Numbered from the whole stretch's first letter, positions 25,989 through 39,095 are shown. The stretch: 62,649 nt of DNA, filler included, from Globobulimina sp. (GCA_003354225.1; 34 parts of 34 records of this genome joined end to end with filler, not necessarily neighbours in it); one strand, 5' to 3'. Notes: a model not told the origin generated them from the sequence alone. Numbers and translations are program-made.

Positions 25989-26960
25989 TCAATCATCAAT
26001 TTGCTCAATAGAAGCAGTATATGGTCCATGATGAGATTGTTTTGTTGAGAATTTTTTGATTTTATCGGCAAATCCACTAAAACTTTGACGTATCCTTGGA
26101 CTGATTGGCCTTTTTGGTTTATGATTGCTGCCATTCTTATCATCATATTTCTGGTCCTCCTCCTCCTCCTCACCATATACTGGCTTACTTAATTTCAATT
26201 GCGATTCGTTTTTAATATTTATTTGATGACAGTCACTAAACACTAAACATTCAATACTCGACATCCAATCAATTAGATCCGATTCATTATTACATGAAAA
26301 AAAATGTTTTTTATTCTTCGAGGTTGTAATACTAAACGAAAACTTTGTATATCCATCATCTTTAATTTTGGAGACCTGCACCGCCGAAATGGCGCCCAAT
26401 GAGATGATCCCGCGGTAATTCTTTGCTTTCATACTTTTATTGTCATAGTAATATATGTTATGATTATTTCGTATGACAAACCATCTTCTTTTCCAATTTT
26501 TTTTGCTCCAATTCGACTGTTTATATAAATGTCCTTGAATTAGAATGGTTTTATTCGATATTTTATTCTGACCATCGCCATTCCCGTTGTTCTCACTGAA
26601 TGCCTGTTGTAAATCATATGCATTCTTCGAGCGCGCATATTTCGTAGCAACTAAACAATGGACCCCACCATGTTGCGATTTCAATGAGGGATTATTGCTC
26701 AACACACAAATACGCGACTTATGCGGTGCGATGCGGTACGACTTATTTAATGAGATCCATTCATTCCATCTCGCGTCAAAATTATCGTATTTTATATACA
26801 CTGCTTTCTTGTCAAACACATCGATATCGGCAATGGTGGCTGTGTACCAATTATACGACACATCCAACACATCCACTTTCTTGCCAATCGAAAACGTATT
26901 CTTATCCAATACCGGCACCACATCATTATCCTCCTTACTCTCCTCAAGAAGTTCAAGCAT
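25989..26960 (-). CDS. Tudor/chromo-barrel-like + PH domain protein; 5' end probably lost at a chimeric junction
   Basis: VDVLD..WYTATI..YDNFDARWNEWI; QGHLYKQ..WKRRWFVI..YYY..DWMSSIE. Confidence 0.85.
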   Translation of the reverse strand: MLELLEESKEDNDVVPVLDKNTFSIGKKVDVLDVSYNWYTATIADIDVFDKKAVYIKYDNFDARWNEWISLNKSYRIAPHKSRICVLSNNPSLKSQHGGVHCLVATKYARSKNAYDLQQAFSENNGNGDGQNKISNKTILIQGHLYKQSNWSKKNWKRRWFVIRNNHNIYYYDNKSMKAKNYRGIISLGAISAVQVSKIKDDGYTKFSFSITTSKNKKHFFSCNNESDLIDWMSSIECLVFSDCHQINIKNESQLKLSKPVYGEEEEEDQKYDDKNGSNHKPKRPISPRIRQSFSGFADKIKKFSTKQSHHGPYTASIEQIDD

Positions 26961-27593
26961 AGCAGCGGCCTTTTTATCTATGTTAACCTTAGTATTTTGG
27001 TAGGGCCTAGATAAATCCTAGTAATTCATATACCCCACAAGGACCTAATCTGGGAACTTGGTGGCCATAAGATTGACGAGGTACCTGAAATTATCCAACT
27101 AACGAGGGTAGTCTATGTCATGGTCAAGTTGAATGAATTACATGATGAAATCGATAGCCTAGAAAAGATAGTTAACGTTGGTCTTGATGAGGAAGGCAAC
27201 AATATCTTGGACTTTGCTGGATAACACAGAGACCTCGGATTTTAATGTGATACACACATTTAATTCGGAAAGTACTTTTCTAGTTCTGATGACTCCTGCG
27301 ATCTAACTCTCAATGTCAGTGTGGCTGTTGAGCTGGGTGATAATATTCATGAGGAGAGATTCGACCATATTTCCATCCTAGTTGATGATACTGTTGATCA
27401 TCCATATCGCATTGATGTATTCGTCTCCTTCCATTTTCAGATCAACCACTCTTTCTTTAACTACCTGGGCAAAGAGAGCCAAGTCATATTTGATCCATTG
27501 TAGCCCATTTTAAAAGACCGTCCTCCTTATTTCGTCGTCAGAAGACTGGACACACTTGCTAAGCAGTGTGAAGAACCGCGTGGCCGAGCCAAA
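26961..27593 (-). CDS. Coding fragment apparently in the ciliate-type genetic code (TAA/TAG=Gln); helical protein of unknown family
   Basis: 211 codons with 6 TAG + 2 TAA and no TGA; strong C-ending codon bias; reads as plausible protein with TAR=Q. Confidence 0.7.
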
Positions 27594-27698
27594 TNNNNNN
27601 NNNNNNNNNNNNNNNNNNNNNNNNNNNNNNNNNNNNNNTTAATTAATTAANNNNNNNNNNNNNNNNNNNNNNNNNNNNNNNNNNNNNNNNNNNNTAAA

Positions 27699-29440
27699 AT
27701 GGCGTTAGATTTAGCACAAGGATCCATCGGCATGCAATACAAAGAGGCTCATCGAAACGTCCAACATGACTCTCCTCTTCATTTCCCCACATCCATCGAT
27801 GTGCAATATCCCGCACCGATATTAAACACCAACGTACGCCCCGTATCTGAAATATTCTCCTACACCGGCGACCACACCAAATTCGTGCTAGTCATGGTCG
27901 GTTTACCCGCACGCGGCAAATCCTTCATTGCTCGCAAAATCCGTTCCTATCTCTCTTGGTTAGGCATCGACGTCCAATGGTTCAACATTGGCCAATACCG
28001 TCGTTTCTGTGCCAAAGACACAGTCGGTGTGCAGTCCTCAGATTTTTTCAATCCCAAAAACAAAATCACCAAAAAACGCCGCGAGTTATTTGCCTTGATC
28101 GCCTTAGCCGAATTAGAGAAATATTTAGTTTTCAGTGGCGGCCAAGTGGCCATTTTAGATGGCACAAATACCACCAAATACCGTCGCAAAATGATCCGTT
28201 CTTTTTTTGTGCGTAAAAAGCGTCCCGCTCCAAACATAAACATCAAAATCGTGTTCATCGAATCCATCTGCAACGACGAGTCCATCATCGAAAATAATAT
28301 ATTAAACGTCAAGTTGCGCAGTCCGGATTACGTCAACGTGTCCTCTGAAAAAGCAGTCAAAGACTTCAAGCAACGCATCGAACACTACGTGACTATGTAC
28401 GTCCCGCTCACCGAAGAGGACGGCTCTTATATCAAACTGATCGATGCTGGAAAGAGCGTGATTGGCCACGAAGTGAATGGCTATTTGCCATCGCGTATCT
28501 TATACTTCTTAATGCACATAAACTTAACCAAAGTGGCTCACTTTTTCACCCGCCATGGCGAGTCCTTATACAACACACAAAGTCGCATCGGCGGCGACTC
28601 CCCGTTGACTGCTTCGGGTGTAAAATACAGCAAAACTATGGCGGATTTTATCTCGTTACAGCCGGAGTTTAAAAACAGCAAAGATAGCAATTTGAAAGTA
28701 TGGTGCAGTACACTTAAGCGGTGCACCCAAACGGCACAGCCTTTCAATGAGAGCAACGTGGACTGGACGGTCTATTGTTGGCGCGCTTTGTGCGAGATCG
28801 AAGCCGGAGTCTGTGACAGTATGACGTATAAACAAATTGAGTTGAAATATCCCGGGGAATACAGTGCGCGCAGAAAGAAAAAGTTAACGTATCGCTATCC
28901 GCAAGGCGAGAGCTATAAGGATGTGATTAAGCGGCTGGAACCGGTGATTTTTGAGTTGGAGAGAGCGACGAAACCTATTTTAGTCATCGCGCACCAAGCG
29001 GTGTTGCGCTGTTTGTATGGATATTTCATGGATAAGCCATTGGAGGATATCCCATATTTGAAAATTGATTTGCATACAGTTTATAAGTTGTCGCCCACCG
29101 ACTATTCTACGCAAGTGGATAAGTTCACATTTGGTTGTGGCAAATCGAAACATAATTCGGCGAGCAACCCATCTACGCAAGGAATGCGCCCTCACATTGG
29201 CAATAATAATATTGGGGCCTCGCTGTCTTCGTACTATTTGCCTACGAATCTGCGACCGAAATCGATGTCGAATGCAGAGCCGGTCAAGTTTTCTAATGTT
29301 GTTATGGACAAAGGGAAAGTTGTGGACAGTGATAGTTTGGATGAGAAGAATGAATGTCGTGCACGTAAATGGGTAGTATTAATACATAATGTATTGACAA
29401 AAGAAGAATGTAATGATTTAATAAAATTCTCAGAAGAACA
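27699..29440 (+). CDS. PFKFB: 6-phosphofructo-2-kinase/fructose-2,6-bisphosphatase, 3' partial
   Basis: MVGLPARGKS Walker A, DGTNTT..RR, ESIC, TRHGES, EIEAG.C, YRYPQGESY, AHQAVLRC. Confidence 0.95.
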
Positions 29441-29813
29441 NNNNNNNNNNNNNNNNNNNNNNNNNNNNNNNNNNNNNNNNNNNNTTAATTAATTAANNNN
29501 NNNNNNNNNNNNNNNNNNNNNNNNNNNNNNNNNNNNNNNNATTTATATCGATAATTTACATCATCATTGTCTGCGTCCATATTAATTAATGGATAGCGTC
29601 TCTTTTTTGGTGCTGCCATTTTGATGAATACGGTAATTGTTTGTGATTGTATGGTAAAGATTCATTGAGTAAAACAAGTACAACAACAAATAGTTTGTTT
29701 AATAGCTGTGTGGCGTTTCTTTATTCTTCTGGCTGGAACTAAAAAATGAGGAGAAAATGAGAGTTTTTGTTGATGAAAGTTTACTTTCTCACTAAACAGT
29801 TTTGGTAACCAAA

Positions 29814-31286
<1,473 letters not shown>

Positions 31287-31536
31287 NNNNNNNNNNNNNN
31301 NNNNNNNNNNNNNNNNNNNNNNNNNNNNNNTTAATTAATTAANNNNNNNNNNNNNNNNNNNNNNNNNNNNNNNNNNNNNNNNNNNNTAGTTCAACTTGTA
31401 GTAGTGCAGCTACTTTAATTATGACTGTATTTGTTCTATTATTAGTTTACTCACTCCTAATCTCCGTGATATCCTGTCAATCTTCGAACAACCTACTAAA
31501 CAGACCCTTCCACAAACTCTCACAAAAGTTGTGAAC

Positions 31537-32320
31537 ATGGGAGGATTTTTCGGAAAAGCATTAAAGAACATTGTTGGAAAAAAAGAATTAAGGATAATAA
31601 TGGTTGGTTTAGATGCTGCAGGAAAAACAACTATTTTATATAAATTAAAATTAGGTGAGATAGTAACTAGCATATCAACCATTGGAGTTAATGTTGAAAC
31701 AGTAGAATATAAAAATATTTCTTTCACAGTATGGGATGTTGGTGGATGTATGGGAGGTAAAATGCTACTTTTATGGAGACATTATTATCTAAATACAACC
31801 GCTATTATTTGGGTCATTGATTCAAATGATAGAGAAAGAATTGGTGATGATTATTGTTATTATAATGCAAAGGAGGAATTACATAGTATGTTAAATGAAG
31901 CAGAATTAAAAAATGTAAAATTATTAATATTTGCAAATAAACAGGATTTACCAAATTCAATGTCAATTAATGAAATATTAGAAAAATTAGAAGTAAATAA
32001 AATAAAACAACAATGGTTTATACAAACATCATGTGCATTAACTGGAGAGTGGAGATGGATTATATGATGGTTTAGATTGGTTATCATCAGCACTAAACCC
32101 TAAGAAAAAAGGCGTTGTTTATCCTGATATAAATGATCAAGGTACATCTTGGATTTCTGATGAACATTATAAACTAATTCTGGAAAATAGGAAAAAAACT
32201 ATTTTATTCATATCAGGATGGGTCAGAAATATTGATAAGATATATTCATTACAAACATCATCTAATTTGACAAAAATACAAACATCATACATTTTATCAG
32301 GATACAACCAGCCAATATGA
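31537..32320 (+). pseudogene. Divergent ARF GTPase with C-terminal extension; frameshifted by a 7-nt duplication at about 32043-32056
   Basis: MG start, [13 protein letters not shown](C), NKQD, SCA; the shifted frame continues [23 protein letters not shown]. Confidence 0.8.
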
Positions 32321-32584
32321 TAAAACATATAAATTTTATAGATGTTGAAGTAATGTTTTTTGTAATTGACATTGCATGTATGATCCTGATCCTATATATG
32401 ATTTAAGATAATATTTAATAAATGGTGGACCTGTCAAGGGATCATATTTTTTTTTTTTAAATATATTATCCATATTTTGGATCAATAAATATATTATCGA
32501 AATTTTTAAACTCGTAACTTGGGCATGATTTTGAAGGGAAAACTGACGCCTTCCCGTTAGGCTAACTAAGGCTTACCCTTAGGG

Positions 32585-32701
32585 TTTGGTTCAAATAAAC
32601 CTCGACCAACATTGTCACCAAGTCCCCGTTAGAAATAAATATATGACTACCCGCCAGCGAGTTTTGGTCGAAATAAACCTCGACCACCGCCTCACCAAGT
32701 C
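32585..32701 (+). repeat. Two imperfect ~40-bp direct repeats
   Basis: tttggt..aaataaacctcgacca....tcaccaagtc at 32585 and 32663. Confidence 0.7.
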
Positions 32702-33232
32702 GTAGCCTTTGTAAAAAAACGTAATAGGGCATGCAGTTGCTGTGAAAACTGTCGCGGCGTCATAGGAATGAAATATTTCTAAGCGAAAAAAAAATCATAA
32801 TAATGAAGTAGCTCCATACAACTAGTCACGATATGCGTGGGGAAGAAGATGGAACACCAGTATCATACAAAGCGCTACTTTTATCCCTTTTATCCGATCA
32901 CATCTTCGTCTGTTTTGGTCTCTGATTGTTGAGCCATTGTTGATTGGTTAAAAAGTTTTTTGTGAACAGATATATAAAGTGCCTGTTTTATTAATATAGT
33001 ATTCAGTAAGTTGTAGTAAGAATGGTTAGTGAGGGGGTTGGCTTACATTTAAGGGGGTTCAATAGGTCAATATACCACAACTGAAGGAATGGAACTGTTG
33101 CAACAATGGAAAAGAAAGTTTACAAATGAAATNNNNNNNNNNNNNNNNNNNNNNNNNNNNNNNNNNNNNNNNNNNNTTAATTAATTAANNNNNNNNNNNN
33201 NNNNNNNNNNNNNNNNNNNNNNNNNNNNNNNN

Positions 33233-34115
33233 TGTTGGAACACCGCAAATTGATAATGATGTTGTTTTTATTGCAGTTAAAAAGAAGAAAAAGGATAAAA
33301 ATGAGATTATTGATCTTTTGTCGCCAACATGTGAGGCAAATGATGCTCCATCGTTGCCAATATCCACTTTGATGGAAAATGATGATAATTTTGTTGGAAT
33401 TGATATGTTGACGCAAAATGTTGATTTGGTTGTTACTGTTTCTGATTCAGATGATGATGGTAATGATATATTGAATGATATAAATGAGCATATATCGTTT
33501 TCATTGTCTCCGCCATCGATATCGGAACCACCACAGAAAAAAAGGAAAATATCTATATTCGAGGTTGGTAATGACGATAATTATTCATTTAAAAGTCCAC
33601 GAAAAAGAAAACACAAACAAATGATTGTTGAATCGCAATTCTTTGATGATTCTGGTGATGGATATGTGGAGGATATTGATATAGAAAATGATATTCATGA
33701 TATTGATGAAATTAATAATATTGAAATGACTCAAATGAGTGCTAAGAAGGTTAAAAATGCAAAAAATAACCGAAAGAAAAGAGAGAAAAAAAGGAAACGT
33801 ATTCATATTTTAGATATGGTTCCAACATTAGAACTGAACGATGCATATGAGATGAATATGAATAATAATAATAATAATTGGCAAAATGGTATTGATTTTG
33901 TGGCAACATTGTCAGGAACAGATGGTGAAATATCTGATTTTCAAGATGAAAATTTGTTGAATACTGTTTGTGAACAAACGCAGGATCTCTATGATGAGAG
34001 TGATATGACTCATATGACTGATGAGAGTGCAGTGGATACAACACAACGATCTCGGAATAATATTAACAATAAAATGTCATGGTCAAGAAATGTTAACATT
34101 ATTGACCTTACTTAA
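33233..34115 (+). CDS. Acidic low-complexity protein C-terminus with NLS-like and SIM-like (IIDL) motifs
   Basis: D/E/N-rich ORF; PPQKKRK; EIIDLL and NIIDLT. Confidence 0.6.
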
Positions 34116-34330
34116 AATTATATGGGTATCCATTGCAAGGCGGAGAACTTTGATTGTTTAAATTTCAGTAAAACTTAATTTGTTTCAAAAGGTTTTTGCG
34201 GTTACTAAAAGCTTCCGTTTTGGAAACTATGCTTTTTATAACACTCAAATAAATAAAGTCATAGATTCAAAGAATCCATTTCTACTACGCAGCTGCATTA
34301 ATATTAAAAAAAAATAAAAAATATACTAAG

Positions 34331-34400
34331 ATGGTTCAGGTAGGATTTTAACCCACATCCATGTGTATTGAGTGACAATATTAATCAATCAAATCAACAC
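34331..34400 (-). pseudogene. Degenerate tRNA-like remnant
   Basis: T-arm-like gtgggttaaaatcctac plus ggtt/aacca acceptor-like ends. Confidence 0.4.
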
Positions 34401-34514
34401 TGCGTAAACCTGGATTTTTTTGCTTTTTATTTTTTTTTGTTGAGTAAACATAAAAAAAGCACAATAACAAATATCTTCAAATCAAAGAAATGATATAACT
34501 GAAATGGTGTGGAG

Positions 34515-34556
34515 ATTACCACAAGACACACGCTCTAACTATTGAGCTACTGAACC
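34515..34556 (-). pseudogene. tRNA 5'-half remnant
   Basis: ggttcagtagctcaatagttagagc (A-box/D-arm); no T-arm. Confidence 0.45.
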
Positions 34557-35146
34557 AATATACATTGCATTTTATGATATTGTGGTAGGTGGAAATAGTA
34601 TTTATACAGAATTGAAATTGCAGTTTAATGTTTATGAGAGAAAAATTATAATCATTTAAAATTATTGTGATTACAAACCGCTCAAGTAAATTATTCAACT
34701 TTTTAAAAAAGATAATATAGTTAATATATTAAACAAAAATGTCTATTCCATAAATACTTTAATAATGGCAATAAGACAAGTAAAGACAGCTCCGGCGAGC
34801 GCTTTGGCCAAAACAGAATTCAATTTGATTTTAAATAACCTCGGAAATATATCCTTTGATTTAACAATGGACCAAATCGAATCAAATTCTTTTTTACGTT
34901 TTGCAAAAACACCATGATTATAATTTTTCTCTCATAAACATTAAACTGCAATTTCAATTCTGTATAAATACTATTACNNNNNNNNNNNNNNNNNNNNNNN
35001 NNNNNNNNNNNNNNNNNNNNNTTAATTAATTAANNNNNNNNNNNNNNNNNNNNNNNNNNNNNNNNNNNNNNNNNNNNGAACATTTTAAGGTTTTTCATAT
35101 AAGGTTAAAAACTAAAACTTTACTTTAATCGTTTATTAAATTATTA

Positions 35147-36822
35147 TTAGTTTACAAATTTTATTTCCGTTGGTTTATCAATCCATTCCTTTTTCTGTTG
35201 ACTATAAACCGATAAATATTTATAAAAATACTCAAAATATTTATCTGGCATTTGCATAGTATCCAGTATTTTCTTTCTAATTCGAACATCCGTTGCATAT
35301 TTTGCATTATTTTTATAACTATTGACAAATATCCGAGGTAAAACTAACCAAAAATCCTGAGGATGCAATCGAATACATTGGTTATGCCAATGTACATACA
35401 TTCGGATCTCATCAAATCTGTCGATTTGAAATAACAAATTAAACATCGAAGCATTCAACGAAGCAATGCCAGAGATCCGATCACTGACTAAATGTTTATC
35501 TTCTTTCTCATCATCAAAAATTCGCAATTCTGGTATCATGGATGTATGCAATATATCAAAATATGATTCTGGATAAATTCCATTCTTTTCATCACCATCA
35601 TCAATGGGCAAATATTGATCCTCCGGTATAAACAATGTAAACTCATCAACATCCATATTACGATAGTTCTTAACATCGGTTCGGACCCATTCATACATTC
35701 CCATTCCGCCCAATAAGCCGCCCATCATTCCACCAAAACCCATCATCTCTTCGCGATGCATATGTCTGCCGCCACCCATACGGCCGCCCATCATCATCAT
35801 CGGTCGCAATTGTTTGTGGAACGACGTTTTGTTGAAATATTGTCGGCGGTCCACAAAGCAACAAAACCTGCGTTGTTTAGGAAAGGGCCGATAATATTTC
35901 TCTTTCTCTTCCTCGGTTTTCATATCGCCAAAGGTCGACGGTCTTTCCTCAAAGCAATTCGCTTCAATGCTTTCCGCAAACTGAGACCACGCATCTCTGT
36001 AATTTACGAAATATACATCCAATATCTCAATATATACAGCATAACATACCTCAAATCGTCATCCATTTTGCTGCGATCCCTCACCTTTCTGTGTGCGAAT
36101 GCTATTTTGTTCTCGCGCATATTCAACAGAAAATCGCCAATAATATCTTGATGCGAAAACTTATCTTCTTCTTCTTTTTTCGCCGCAGCCGCCGCTTCTT
36201 TATTATTCATATCCGGCACCATGGCCGTGGTCAATATCTCCTTCTCCGTCGAATGAATGGCGATGGCGAACTCGCATTGGAATTTGGTGTTTTTGTACTG
36301 CGACACCAACCATTTCACGAATTTATAAATAGCTAAAACAACCTCAGTTATCTCATACAGGTCGTCCTGAATATACATTCTCTCCATCTCCATCCTCGAC
36401 GGCATGACTCGCATTTGGTTCTTCCATTTGCGGATATAAAAAATACACACTTTCTCGATCGAAGCAAACAAGTCCTTACCGCCCAACTCCTGCAACAAAT
36501 ACTCGTTCAAAAAGTCACATTCCACCATCCATTCTTTCAAAGATAACTCTTTTACTTCGGGAGCGCAGCCACGGCGAATTCGATCGCGATCAAACGACTC
36601 CAATACATAGAGCAACCATGGAAAGTGCTTATTGGCGTAACCGACAGCTAAGGATTCGTAATCTGCCTTGTTTGGCAATTTACTATGATACATATACAGA
36701 TTTGAGAACACTGTCTCGCATTTAATGACCGTTTCGATGGGGAGATTATAGTTGAAATCGTACGGAGCCATCAAATTATAACTCTGTAGTTGGAATTTTG
36801 TGCATAATTCATTGATGGAAAA
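35147..36822 (-). CDS. Hypothetical protein with Gly/Met-rich insert; intron 35997-36049; 5' partial
   Basis: A 53-nt GTATGT..TACAG intron joins the two ORFs in frame (DDDLR|DAW). Confidence 0.75.
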
Positions 36823-36933
36823 NNNNNNNNNNNNNNNNNNNNNNNNNNNNNNNNNNNNNNNNNNNNTTAATTAATTAANNNNNNNNNNNNNNNNNNNNNN
36901 NNNNNNNNNNNNNNNNNNNNNNTGGTATTTTAA

Positions 36934-37006
36934 GCCAGCATAGCACAGTGGTTAGTGCATCTTCTTCGTAAGCAGAGGGTCGCGAGTTCGAATCTCGCTG
37001 CTGGCT
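36934..37006 (+). tRNA. tRNA-Thr(CGT)
   Basis: Acceptor GCCAGCA/TGCTGGC, D-arm GCAC/GTGC, anticodon loop TT-CGT-AA (one stem mismatch), T-arm GCGAG-TTCGAAT-CTCGC, U73, T-run downstream. Confidence 0.88.
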
Positions 37007-37126
37007 TTTAAATAATAATTTCATTTTTTGCAGCGAATCTATCGCAATTCGCAACAACAAATTATAGGATTTGTCAACGAGAACGTTTTTTAGATGAGTT
37101 TTATAAAAATGTTTTTGTTTGGTGCA

Positions 37127-37957
37127 TCATATTACACTCAACGAACCTATTTGCAATTCATTTATCATTGGAATCAATAACCTGGTTTTTTCAACTCGCG
37201 AATAAAAAGTAGCGAACTTTCTAGCTTTATTACTATCCTCTAAATTCTTCAATGCATACAATGCTTTACAAGCTGTGCGCAAAATATTCATTGCAATTTC
37301 TCGATTTGTTCCCTTTGCAGGAATTGCTTCTCTTAAATTATATTTAATGCCCTTCATCAATTTCTGTGGTAAACAATCTAATATTTGAGAGTTTGCTGTA
37401 ACTTTTTTACCATAAATTAAAGCAATTTTATAAAGCATTTGGTATGTTATCATTTGTATATCATTCGATTTATCGATTATTCCATTACTTAAATATTTCA
37501 TAAACTCGACCAATGATGGGATTGAATTTGGGATTGTATCCAATAAACAATTTAAACATTGAAATGATGCTCTTCTTACTGGTAAACCACTATCTATTAT
37601 ATTTGTTTCGTTATAGTTCAATATACCTTCAATTGTTTGATTTGTTTCGTCAAATATTAATGGCAATAATTTATTCAAATTTGCTTCAATTAATCCTTTG
37701 TTTTCTTTTAATGCTTCATTTATCATAAAAAACGCTTCTTTTTTTTTTTGTAAATCACAACCATTGAATCTCTCCAATAGATCCAATATTAATTGATAAT
37801 AAAATAAACAACAAATAATATTTATAGAGCATGGAATAAAATTTTGTGGAAATAATGTTTGGATTTCCCTGACATAGCCGTTGATTAGATCTTTGGTTTT
37901 GCGATCCGTCGAGTCATATCTTTTCAGATCATATATTTTCCTCTCGATGAGATCCAT
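37127..37957 (-). CDS. GYVR-motif protein fused to a CAND1/TIP120 C-terminal HEAT region
   Basis: LINGYVRE..FIP; LLPLIFDET..IDSGLPVRRASFQCLNCLLD..GIID..DIQMITYQML resembles the CAND1 C-terminus. Confidence 0.7.
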   Translation of the reverse strand: MDLIERKIYDLKRYDSTDRKTKDLINGYVREIQTLFPQNFIPCSINIICCLFYYQLILDLLERFNGCDLQKKKEAFFMINEALKENKGLIEANLNKLLPLIFDETNQTIEGILNYNETNIIDSGLPVRRASFQCLNCLLDTIPNSIPSLVEFMKYLSNGIIDKSNDIQMITYQMLYKIALIYGKKVTANSQILDCLPQKLMKGIKYNLREAIPAKGTNREIAMNILRTACKALYALKNLEDSNKARKFATFYSRVEKTRLLIPMINELQIGSLSVI

Positions 37958-38034
37958 TCGAATTAAAAAAACTCTAAAAACCAAAGTAAGTTTTAAATTA
38001 CATCATGCTGTGTACCAAAACGTAAATACCACCA

Positions 38035-38667
38035 ATGGATGAAGCCTTTTTTGAAGCATTCAAATGTTTCGAACCTAACGAGGACGCCAAAAATAACGAC
38101 GAACCAACGCATGCACCATTTATTGAATGTGACATCACTGATATTGAACAAGAACATGATGAACAAAAACTGCACATCAAATCATGCAAATCAATGGAGA
38201 GATTATCTCAAATTTTAACTTATTACATATCATGGATGCAGACCATAGACTCATTGCCATCGTCCGACACACCATCCATCGGCATGTTTGACATCATAAA
38301 CAGTGGCAAATATTTAGGCAAATACAACAACACCCAACTTTTAAACGACTTTCATCACATATTACAATCGCATAAATACAGCACCATAAACACTCTATTT
38401 CTAACCAACAACAACAAACAAAATAAACAATGCATAGTCAATACTGATCATAAAATCTGCAACTTATTGCTACGAAATTACAGAAACAGAAACTCGAATT
38501 ACAACGACAATAATCGCCGTATCATATTGTACCACGGATACAATGTCTCCACAGAAATAACCACCCAACAAATCTTAGATTACATTCATTCATTCATTTA
38601 TCATTCATACGATTTAGGTTTGCAACTAAAGCCAGTACATCTCGGTACATTCAACGACCATTTACTA
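38035..38667 (+). CDS. Cys/His-domain member of the ART-associated family, 3' partial
   Basis: CKSMERL..ILTYY, LLNDFHHIL..H, C.LLLRNYR and QQILDYIHSFIYHSYDLG align with the 14773-16518 protein. Confidence 0.75.
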
Positions 38668-38837
38668 NNNNNNNNNNNNNNNNNNNNNNNNNNNNNNNNN
38701 NNNNNNNNNNNTTAATTAATTAANNNNNNNNNNNNNNNNNNNNNNNNNNNNNNNNNNNNNNNNNNNNGCTTTCACTGATATAAGAAGCAGTATCTATATA
38801 TCTGTTTTTCAGACTCGGTATACTGTACAATAAAAAG

Positions 38838-39095
38838 TCAGGATTTGCACTGCATCACATAATTGCCAATGGCCATGACTTGTGCTGATACTGCTGAATT
38901 TATAATCACCCACAAAATCTTTCGTTGGTTGTGCTGTATTGATGTTGGTGGAATGCTTGGTGAACTTGGTGCAAATGTTGGCGATTTACTTGGTTCTTTT
39001 GTTGGTGAACCTGTTGGACTATCTGAGGGTGCTTTTGTTGGATTAAGTTGTTGGAGATTTGCTTGGTATGGAAGTGGGTGTATTACTTGGCACAA
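38838..39095 (-). CDS. PT/PS-repeat (mucin-like stalk) fragment
   Basis: PTKAPSDSPTGSPTKEPSKSPTFAPSSPS. Confidence 0.4.
   Translation of the reverse strand: MCQVIHPLPYQANLQQLNPTKAPSDSPTGSPTKEPSKSPTFAPSSPSIPPTSIQHNQRKILWVIINSAVSAQVMAIGNYVMQCKS

Noticed and set aside
27041-27503. Plus-strand open frames (DLIWELGGH..., 27321-27503)
   Set aside because: Better explained as antisense shadows of the codon-biased minus-strand TAR=Gln frame
32575-32590. TTAGGG-like telomere seed
   Set aside because: Single copy, not an array
36004-36022. Programmed frameshift between overlapping ORFs
   Set aside because: A 53-nt GT-AG intron joins them in frame
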